Assembly (NCBI GenBank): GCA_047972125.1
Contig: JBKEAK010000208.1
Location: 1,543-65,542, forward strand
From: Halodesulfovibrio sp.
GTDB lineage: Bacteria > Desulfobacterota > Desulfovibrionia > Desulfovibrionales > Desulfovibrionaceae
DNA: 64,000 nucleotides
Direction of reading: 5' to 3'
The notes beneath the pieces are model-generated. The model ran no database searches. It saw only the letters and a list, made by a program, of their open reading frames with translations, and had not been told where the DNA came from. Position 1 is the first letter of the stretch. Each line of letters begins with the position of its first letter. Both the position numbers and the translations under genes were made by a program. Positions 8,654-16,761 of the stretch are shown in pieces.

Positions 8654-9745
8654 CTAGCCCTCCCTGCCGGGGCGGAACGCCAGCCGGATCATGTAGAAGA
8701 TGCACCAGAGACCGCCGAGAAGCGTCACAAAGAAGAGAATCATCGGTGAATAATCTGCCATGACAGGCAGGTCCTGTACCTTGAAATAGGGCTCAAGATA
8801 GGCAGCCCGGACAAGCGCACGAACCAGCGACATGGCCAGCACGGTGGCGACAAGGGCCACCGCCGTTGCCTTGACCCGGTTGCGCACTGCGTAGTGCAGC
8901 ACTATGGCAACGCACACCAGCGCCACGGCCAGCGCACCGGTATGGAACTCGGATGAACCGAGGAAAAGGGACCTTATGCGCACCGGCATGGCACCGAGAA
9001 ACGCACCACCCACCAGCAACTGCATGGCAGTACAGATGGTGAACCACATCATGCCGAAGCGGATATGCGGCATGGCCTCCTGCTTGTCCATGGTGCCCTT
9101 GGTGAGGCGGTGTTCAAACAGCAGGGCCAGCGTGAGCCCGCCCACAGCCACGGCCGCCAGCATGAAGTGCAGGTAGCGCGGCACCAGCGCGGGGTCTGCC
9201 GTATTGAGCAGCAGGCCGCCCATGCCGTGATCGGCCGCACCGCCGTCGCCGAAGTAGGCCAGCCATGCCTCAGGCTGCAGCATCATGGTCATGTTGTTGG
9301 TGAAGATGAATCCCACAAACAGCAGAACCGCACAGACCACAGCCAGAATCAACCGGCTGCTTTTCCACGCCTCGTACTTGTACCGGAAGGTATAAAGCCC
9401 CGAATAGGCGATGATGGCGCACAGCACCACAGAAAGCCAATAGGCCCCCATGAGCACCGAGCTGGTATAGAAAAATTGTCCGTAAAGCATCTGGGCGAAC
9501 AACAGCGGGGCAACGCCAAAGTTCACGGTAAGTGCGAAAAGCGTGGGCAGTGAGTGGGAAACCTCCCGCACTGCGGCATCGCGGGGAAGGGATACGGACC
9601 GGACGAGACAGAGAATGCCCCCGCCCACCACGGCGTTCATCAGCAGAATATGTGCGGCAAAGGTGACAATCAGCAGAACCTCCAGCCAGCCCCAAGCCAC
9701 GGGTATTGCATCCGGCGCAGGTATCAGATTTGCGGCAACCATCAA
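8654..9745 (-). CDS. Polytopic membrane protein paralogous to the N-terminal domain of the downstream gene (CydA-like, no haem c motif)
   Basis: About 9 hydrophobic helices. FAAHILLMNAVVGGG parallels FHVFIAHFAVGGG of the partner. The gene appears translationally coupled to the next one. Confidence 0.6.
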   Translation of the reverse strand: MMVAANLIPAPDAIPVAWGWLEVLLIVTFAAHILLMNAVVGGGILCLVRSVSLPRDAAVREVSHSLPTLFALTVNFGVAPLLFAQMLYGQFFYTSSVLMGAYWLSVVLCAIIAYSGLYTFRYKYEAWKSSRLILAVVCAVLLFVGFIFTNNMTMMLQPEAWLAYFGDGGAADHGMGGLLLNTADPALVPRYLHFMLAAVAVGGLTLALLFEHRLTKGTMDKQEAMPHIRFGMMWFTICTAMQLLVGGAFLGAMPVRIRSLFLGSSEFHTGALAVALVCVAIVLHYAVRNRVKATAVALVATVLAMSLVRALVRAAYLEPYFKVQDLPVMADYSPMILFFVTLLGGLWCIFYMIRLAFRPGREG

Positions 9746-9997
9746 ACTCTCCTTGCTAGAAATCCGTCGTGAAGCGCCCGCACCGGCGCACCATCAATAA
9801 GAAAGGTATTATTTCCTCTGCAACTGTCTATAAACTGAACTTGCCTGCGGAGTATACTATTTAACGCATACCGCGTTATGATATTTCGATAATGATTACT
9901 GTTCTACAGATATACTACCAATCACAGTGCAGGCGGCAAACCGCAGTGGCCGCTCGGCAGCTTGTTATTTTTCAGCAAACAGGGTAGGTGCCGCTGC

Positions 9998-10450
9998 ATG
10001 TCCGGCTTGTTTTCCCATATACTGGAACGCACAGTCACTGTTGAAGCCACTCCGTGGACCCTCTGGAAGGTTCTGACGGAGTTCTCCGACTACGGTTCGT
10101 GGAATGCCCTGTATCCGGAAGCCGAGGGCACTGCCCGGCCCGGTGCAGATATTACCGCCTCCATGCGGCTTGTCAGCACCAAACCCATGCGGATAACCCT
10201 GCGCGTTCTTGCTGCGGAACACAGCAAGGAACTGGCATGGATGGCCCGCTATGCGTTCCCCGGCTTTCTCGACATGACGCATTGCTTTATCATTGCGCCG
10301 GTGGACCGATACGGTTCACGCTTGACGCACGGCATCCGCGTCTCCGGCATACTCACACCGCTGTACGCCAAGGCACTGCGCAACGTGGCCGAACCGAATC
10401 TGGAACGCATGACGCAGTCTCTGAAGGCCAGAGCGGAGGCCCGCAGGTAA
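9998..10450 (+). CDS. SRPBCC (START/polyketide-cyclase-like) domain protein
   Basis: About 150 aa. The N-terminus (ERTVTVEATPWTLWKVLTEFSDYGSWN) is typical of SRPBCC ligand-binding proteins. The start was chosen at the internal ATG 9998. Confidence 0.55.
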   Translation: MSGLFSHILERTVTVEATPWTLWKVLTEFSDYGSWNALYPEAEGTARPGADITASMRLVSTKPMRITLRVLAAEHSKELAWMARYAFPGFLDMTHCFIIAPVDRYGSRLTHGIRVSGILTPLYAKALRNVAEPNLERMTQSLKARAEARR

Positions 10451-10568
10451 CACCGCTGCGTTCCTGCCTCGGCCCAAGCACTACGCCCCAGACAGTACGG
10501 CTGCCGTACCGGACGCAGAAAGCCGCACCATGGCAACGCCCCAATTCGCCCGCGAGGATAATGCGCGA

Positions 10569-11360
10569 ATGAAAAAAACCTTGCTCCTGTTCGACATAGG
10601 CAACACCAACGTCAAGATTGGTATGGCAGATAATTCCGGTCTGACAACCAGTTACGTCTTGCCCACAGACCAGCACCAGACTCCGGATTCCATCGGCCTG
10701 CATCTTCTGGGCATGGTAAACCACGCAGGATTTGCGCCCGATGATGTGGAAGCCTGCGTGGGCAGTTCCGTCGTGCCCAGTTTTGATCCCATTATCCGCG
10801 ACGCGCTGGCGAGATATTTCGGCAAAAGACTGCTTCTTGCGCCGGGAGATATTCCCGTACCGCTGGAAAACAGATATACTCATCCCGAGCAGGTGGGAGC
10901 GGACAGACTTGTGGCAGCCTATGCGGCACGCAGGCTGTATCCGGAACCGTATTCGCTGGTTTCCGTGGACTACGGCACCGCCACCACCTTCGACTGCGTG
11001 GAAGGCGAAGCCTATCTCGGCGGGCTCATATGCCCCGGAGTCAAGTCTGCCGCCGGGGCACTTGCCGCGCGCACGGCCAAGCTGCCGCGCATAAGTCTGG
11101 AAATTTCAGGGGATATGCCCGTGGTGGGCAGAGATACGTCCACCAGCCTGAACCACGGGTTCATCTTCGGCTTTGCCGCCATGACGGAAGGAATCTGTCA
11201 GCGGCTCGGCAACGTGCTGCAAGGCCCCATGCAGGTGGTGGCCACGGGCGGATTCGCCCAGTCCATAGCGCGCGTTGCCTCGTGTTTTGACCATGTCAGG
11301 CCCGACCTTCTGCTGGAGGGCCTGCGCCTTTTATACATGGAAAGCGGCATCAAGGAATAA
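10569..11360 (+). CDS. coaX: Type III pantothenate kinase
   Basis: MKKTLLLFDIGNTNVKIG is the ASKHA phosphate-1 motif, and GADR and ATGG motifs are present. The length is typical. Confidence 0.9.
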   Translation: MKKTLLLFDIGNTNVKIGMADNSGLTTSYVLPTDQHQTPDSIGLHLLGMVNHAGFAPDDVEACVGSSVVPSFDPIIRDALARYFGKRLLLAPGDIPVPLENRYTHPEQVGADRLVAAYAARRLYPEPYSLVSVDYGTATTFDCVEGEAYLGGLICPGVKSAAGALAARTAKLPRISLEISGDMPVVGRDTSTSLNHGFIFGFAAMTEGICQRLGNVLQGPMQVVATGGFAQSIARVASCFDHVRPDLLLEGLRLLYMESGIKE

Positions 11361-11396
11361 CCTTACACGGCGACCTTTCCGCCGGGATAAGACTGA

Positions 11397-12731
<1,335 letters not shown>

Positions 12732-12755
12732 GCCGGACTGGTACGACAGAATGCA

Positions 12756-12786
12756 AAAGGCCGGAGCATATGCTCCGGCCTTTTTG
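12756..12786 (+). terminator. Rho-independent terminator of eno
   Basis: ggccggagca/tgctccggcc stem (12759-12780) followed by TTTTT. Confidence 0.85.
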
Positions 12787-12870
12787 CGTTCGTGCCTGCT
12801 GCGGCAAGACGGTTGTGCGAATTCCCTAAATATCCTTACTCAAGCAGCAGATCTCCCGAAAGAACTTTTA

Positions 12871-13050
12871 TTACTTCTCTTTTACCAGCCAAACATAGGC
12901 GAGCATTCCAGCACCGATCGCAACAAGGGGATAGCTCACCCATCCCGGAACTGCTATCGAATGCCAGTAAAGATACTCTTCGCCTAAATTGCTGACACCA
13001 AGCAAAAAGACGAACAATCCTAAAAAACTATTCAGTATTTTTCTTTTCAT
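12871..13050 (-). CDS. 59-aa two-TM protein, paralogue 1 of a four-member family (putative immunity-type protein)
   Basis: Not in the ORF track because it is under 60 aa. Hand translation: MKRKILNSFLGLFVFLLGVSNLGEEYLYWHSIAVPGWVSYPLVAIGAGMLAYVWLVKEK. It shares the layout and the W-V-x-Y...G...ML...VWL...KEK tail with 13159-13347 and 15538-15735. Confidence 0.5.
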   Translation of the reverse strand: MKRKILNSFLGLFVFLLGVSNLGEEYLYWHSIAVPGWVSYPLVAIGAGMLAYVWLVKEK

Positions 13051-13122
13051 TTGACTTCAACATATGGAGATTTCGTGCGGAATTCAGGCGATATAAGTAA
13101 TTTGATGCTGAAATGTGTAATT

Positions 13123-13202
13123 AAAAGAGAGACTACAAAAAGCAGCCTCTCTTCACTCCTATTTCTCTTTGGGCGGACTCAGCCACACAACCAGCAGCAT
13201 AA
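13123..13202. repeat. Copy A of an ~80-nt direct repeat (3' end of a small TM gene plus the downstream hairpin)
   Basis: aaaagagagactacaaaaagcagcctctcttca[c/t]tcctatttctctttg... recurs at 15502-15581 with few mismatches. It contains the hairpin aagagag/ctctctt. Confidence 0.8.
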
Positions 13203-13347
13203 CGATACCTATGATGATGAGCGCATACGGAACCCAAGGGTCAACTAACGGAAGCTCCTTATAGTAAACAACGTCATTGCCGCTTTTTACCGCACCGAGC
13301 ACAACTATTAACACACCCCAACTACTGTATATTATCTTGCGCTTCAT
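13159..13347 (-). CDS. 62-aa two-TM protein, paralogue 2 (putative immunity-type protein)
   Basis: MKRKIIYSSWGVLIVVLGAVKSGNDVVYYKELPLVDPWVPYALIIIGIVMLLVVWLSPPKEK. An alternative GTG start at 13416 would overlap the upstream stop (GTGA). Confidence 0.55.
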   Translation of the reverse strand: MKRKIIYSSWGVLIVVLGAVKSGNDVVYYKELPLVDPWVPYALIIIGIVMLLVVWLSPPKEK

Positions 13348-13412
13348 CGTGTTATGTTTAGCCAACCATATTTCCAATGAGACACTCAACTCAGCCCCTG
13401 CCGGAAAGCCTA

Positions 13413-14003
13413 TCACAACTCAAAGCCCGGGCCGCGCATGCATTCCCGTGCAGCTTGAAAGTTGCCGAGCACATAATACTCTTCACCTGCGATCTGCACC
13501 CGGGTATACAGATAAAACCGCTTCCGGATTGCCGTCTGCACAGCCTGCACATCCTCCCGCCCAACGCAGAGCACCCGCCGTGGCCGGACTGAGGCCACGC
13601 AGAAGCGGGTATCATCCCAGTACATCCCGCACCGGAAACTATTCACATAGGCCTGCAGGCTGACAAGGGAAACACCAAGGGAAAGAAACAGAAGCAAAAC
13701 AACCATAAAATCGGGAATGTAGAACACAACCCCGAGTGGATAAAAGCAATAGAAGGCGTAGACCACAACAAACAAGGTCGCCGAGGTAATACATATACGT
13801 TTGGGGACAAGGCGCACTGCACCCGCATCAACAAGGACGCCCTGTTTTGCAAAACGCCTGACAAGGAGCCACCGCCGCAGGTCGAACCGGAACATGACAC
13901 AACACACGTCAACCAGCAGAATCGGGATAAAGAAAAGAATGGGGATAAGGGACAGCAGCCCAGCACAGAGCACAAGCGTGTTATTTCCGAAAGCCAACTC
14001 CAT
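13413..14003 (-). CDS. Hypothetical membrane protein (3-4 TM plus a ~70-aa soluble C-terminal domain)
   Basis: ATG 14003 is preceded by AAGGAG, 9 nt after the upstream stop. Hydrophobic helices are present; no family was recognised. Confidence 0.55.
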   Translation of the reverse strand: MELAFGNNTLVLCAGLLSLIPILFFIPILLVDVCCVMFRFDLRRWLLVRRFAKQGVLVDAGAVRLVPKRICITSATLFVVVYAFYCFYPLGVVFYIPDFMVVLLLFLSLGVSLVSLQAYVNSFRCGMYWDDTRFCVASVRPRRVLCVGREDVQAVQTAIRKRFYLYTRVQIAGEEYYVLGNFQAARECMRGPGFEL

Positions 14004-14012
14004 GCCCGCTCC

Positions 14013-14537
14013 TTATGCCTTGTCCGGAGCTCGGTGCTTCCAGAGAAGGAAGCCGAACCCTGCGTTCAGTGCGACCCAATAGGCCACAAGGTATGACACC
14101 GGAAGCACGACATGGCCACTCAGCAGCAACACGAGGCCCGCAAACAATGCCAAGCTGATGGCCTTATCTTTAGCGGATACGGTTCCCACGAAAGATGCAT
14201 ACCCGAACCTGTATGAAGCCAGCAGCAGTGCGGCACACACCAACAGCACCGCCCCGCAAAGGATAAGGTTCTCTGCCTCAGTGAAGTCCGCCCTGTAATC
14301 CCATTTGGATAGAGCAAAATAGACTGCCCAGCTCCCGCCTACCGCTATAGCCGCAGAGATCACCTTCGCTGCCCTTCTGCTTCCTGTCACCGCAAAAGGA
14401 ACTGCCAGCACAATCGGCCCCATCATCCCTATAAGAGCATACATGAAGACGTTCCACACTTCCTGATGCCACACAAGCACCATAGCCCGCTGAGTTATAT
14501 CAAGAGAAAACAGGGAGAGCATTATTCGCCAAATCAT
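14013..14537 (-). CDS. Hypothetical polytopic membrane protein
   Basis: About 5 hydrophobic helices. The ORF is open to 14621; the start was placed at MIWRIML (14537) but remains uncertain. Confidence 0.5.
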   Translation of the reverse strand: MIWRIMLSLFSLDITQRAMVLVWHQEVWNVFMYALIGMMGPIVLAVPFAVTGSRRAAKVISAAIAVGGSWAVYFALSKWDYRADFTEAENLILCGAVLLVCAALLLASYRFGYASFVGTVSAKDKAISLALFAGLVLLLSGHVVLPVSYLVAYWVALNAGFGFLLWKHRAPDKA

Positions 14538-14706
14538 ATGCCGCCCACAGATATTACAGGTTGTATCAGGGCAGCCACCCGGGCTGCCCTGTTTGCGTAC
14601 TTCTACCGCCCTCTGTTCCACTTTCTGCTTTCTATCTCTGCAGCTGCTGGCGATGGTACGGGACGATCATCAATCAAGGCCACGGTAAATGCCCTCATTC
14701 CATCAA

Positions 14707-14883
14707 CTACCGCTTCCTGCGCATAAACCAACTGTATGCGAGAATACCCACACCTGCGATAATCAGAAACGGGGCAACCCACTCATCAATGGCGACACCC
14801 CTATTCGTCAGCTCACCGGAATAGACACCCCATCCCCCGATCATAACCATTGAGAGTCCGATAAATAATTCAAACGGCTTCAT
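14707..14883 (-). CDS. 58-aa two-TM protein, paralogue 3 (putative immunity-type protein for the orphan toxin tail)
   Basis: MKPFELFIGLSMVMIGGWGVYSGELTNRGVAIDEWVAPFLIIAGVGILAYSWFMRRKR. It has the same topology and the W-V-x-(Y/F) motif. The ORF is open to 14904. Confidence 0.5.
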   Translation of the reverse strand: MKPFELFIGLSMVMIGGWGVYSGELTNRGVAIDEWVAPFLIIAGVGILAYSWFMRRKR

Positions 14884-15080
14884 CCTATTCGTCCTCATCA
14901 CCAACCGTCGTTACCTTTTCTGCCTAACGTCATAACAAGCAGGTATACCCCTACTGCTATAAATACATAAGAACCCAGACTCTAAGGATATGTTCATATA
15001 ATATGGCTGCTCGGCCAGGCTCTGTCTCACTCCCTCCACAACCAATAATATCCCAACAACTCTCAATTCGAACTGCGCTT

Positions 15081-15440
15081 TCACTTAGACTGCCCTCGCC
15101 GTATACCCTTTGTTACAGTTCTCACGCCCTCTCCAACTTTTGCCCCGATACACTCGCTTGGAGAAGAAGGGGGTAACTCCGGGGCAATGGCCCCTGCGGT
15201 AACATCACGAATTATCTCGTATGATGCGGGGCTGGTGAGCACCTTATTTACCGCATCTATACCTTTGTTACGCACAGCTTGTCCTGCAGCAGAAGCCGCC
15301 TTTCCCACAGCTTGAGCAGCCACCTTCCCTGCCTGAGTTGCCATCTTGGCGGCTTGCGGTGCTTGTTTCAATGCGGCCGCGCCAAGCTCCGGCAATGCGG
15401 CAATCTCAACAAGCTCGAAAATCTCACCATGCTCGACCAC
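15081..15440 (-). CDS. Orphan polymorphic-toxin C-terminal module (no Rhs shell), related to the tail of 15719-16738
   Basis: Residues LVEIAALPELGAAALKQAPQAAKMATQAGKVAAQAV...RNKGIDAVNKV match the Rhs tail. The last ~55 aa are unrelated to it. Confidence 0.55.
   Translation of the reverse strand: MVEHGEIFELVEIAALPELGAAALKQAPQAAKMATQAGKVAAQAVGKAASAAGQAVRNKGIDAVNKVLTSPASYEIIRDVTAGAIAPELPPSSPSECIGAKVGEGVRTVTKGIRRGQSK
15262..15410. repeat. Recombination tract shared with 15911-16027 (orphan copy, carrying a 33-nt internal duplication)
   Basis: Near-identical DNA, e.g. ggcggcttgcggtgcttgtttcaatgc[g/a]gccgcgccaagctccggcaatgcggcaatctcaac. The extra segment encodes GKAASAAGQAV. Confidence 0.8.
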
Positions 15441-15501
15441 GGCACTATGATATCGCCCACGGATTCCAGGCGGCTGGACTTCTCCGCTGAACTACATAAT
15501 C

Positions 15502-15581
15502 AAAAGAGAGACTACAAAAAGCAGCCTCTCTTCATTCCTATTTCTCTTTGCTCGGGCTCAGCCACACAATCAGCAGCATGA
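15502..15581. repeat. Copy B of the ~80-nt direct repeat
   Basis: See 13123-13202. The two copies are 2379 nt apart in the same orientation. Confidence 0.8.
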
Positions 15582-15735
15582 CAACACCTATCACACCGCA
15601 AGCGTATGGAACCCAGCTGGGAAGCAATTTCCTATTAAAAATCACCACGTCTTCCCCCCAATGAAAGATGGCAATCCAGAGAGGAAGAAGGGCATACAGG
15701 CTATTTTTGAACTTTTGTTTACTGCTTCCTTTCAC
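15538..15735 (-). CDS. 65-aa two-TM protein, paralogue 4 (putative cognate immunity protein of the Rhs tail)
   Basis: MKGSSKQKFKNSLYALLPLWIAIFHWGEDVVIFNRKLLPSWVPYACGVIGVVMLLIVWLSPSKEK. Its start overlaps the last 17 nt of the toxin gene. Confidence 0.6.
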   Translation of the reverse strand: MKGSSKQKFKNSLYALLPLWIAIFHWGEDVVIFNRKLLPSWVPYACGVIGVVMLLIVWLSPSKEK

Positions 15736-16738
15736 GCTTCATGCCCTTTGTAAAATGGTCAAACACATCGCGACCACTGCTCCCAATCTGTTCCCAAATA
15801 TTTGTAGCCGGAATCTCGGGATATGCAGCCCCCAAGCCCACATCTTTACCATGCTCGATCGCTGCAGCCACTGCCGCCGGATTCCCCATAACCTTATTTG
15901 CCACATCAATGCCTTTGTTGCGTACAGCTTGAGCAGCAGCCTTCCCTGCCTGAGTTGCCACCTTTGCGGCTTGCGGTGCTTGTTTCAATGCAGCCGCGCC
16001 AAGCTCCGGCAATGCGGCAATCTCAACCATGGCACTGTTGATATTGGCCACGGTATCCAGAGGCTTATCCACTGCAGTCTGTGCTTTGGTACCGGATTTA
16101 TTAAACGTATCCGCTGCGCTGGCTGCCACCTTGGTACCGCCATAGGCAAGCACAGTGGCACCGGCCATGGCACCGGCAAAGGGAAGAAGAAATGCAAACA
16201 GTCCCAGCGGATCATTCGCATTCACCGGATCATCAACACAATAATCCCACAAATCGTGATCACCGCCAGTATCGCCCAGCGGGTCCCGGGCGGTGAAACG
16301 GCCCACAGCGGGATCGTAATCGCGGTAGCCAAAACGGACGAAGCCTGTGTAGCGGTCAGGCAGCCCCCCGGCAAAGCCAATGGGCATATAAAACCACTCG
16401 TTTGAGTCACTTAGCACATTGCCAAAGCTATCATACACGATTTCCTTTATCAATTCCCCGCTCTGCGACCACACCGCCCTGAGCGAGCCCACCTGATCAT
16501 AACCGAGCAGATAAGTCGCCATCTCGCTGCCGGCACTCTGCATGCTGACCTCGCCGAGGTTCTCCATCACTGTCACGGCTTCCGGAAGCCTCTCTGCTCC
16601 ATACTGAAAATGATATGAAAGCCCACGGATGTGATCATGATAGGTGGCAAGCCGCGTGGAAAACAAAAGGCCACACCCTACAGGAAAGCAGGCGCAGTCA
16701 TTTCTGCACCTTCCCCGCACGGCATGGCCGGTATCCAC
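15719..16738 (-). CDS. 5'-truncated Rhs-family protein: last YD/RHS repeats, RHS-associated core ending in DPLGL, and a 159-aa variable C-terminal tail
   Basis: YLLGYDQVGSLRAVW, YDSFGN, GFAGGLPDRYTGFVRFGYRDYDPAVGRFTARDP and DDPVNANDPLGL (DPLGL at 16199-16213). RHS-like sequence starts almost at the ORF start, only 23 nt after the stop of the neighbouring gene. This may be a remnant or pseudogene. Confidence 0.75.
   Translation of the reverse strand: MDTGHAVRGRCRNDCACFPVGCGLLFSTRLATYHDHIRGLSYHFQYGAERLPEAVTVMENLGEVSMQSAGSEMATYLLGYDQVGSLRAVWSQSGELIKEIVYDSFGNVLSDSNEWFYMPIGFAGGLPDRYTGFVRFGYRDYDPAVGRFTARDPLGDTGGDHDLWDYCVDDPVNANDPLGLFAFLLPFAGAMAGATVLAYGGTKVAASAADTFNKSGTKAQTAVDKPLDTVANINSAMVEIAALPELGAAALKQAPQAAKVATQAGKAAAQAVRNKGIDVANKVMGNPAAVAAAIEHGKDVGLGAAYPEIPATNIWEQIGSSGRDVFDHFTKGMKRERKQ
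15911..16027. repeat. Recombination tract shared with 15262-15410 (Rhs-tail copy)
   Basis: See 15262-15410. Confidence 0.8.
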
Positions 16739-16761
16739 AAGATTTTCAGATCAAAGACGGA

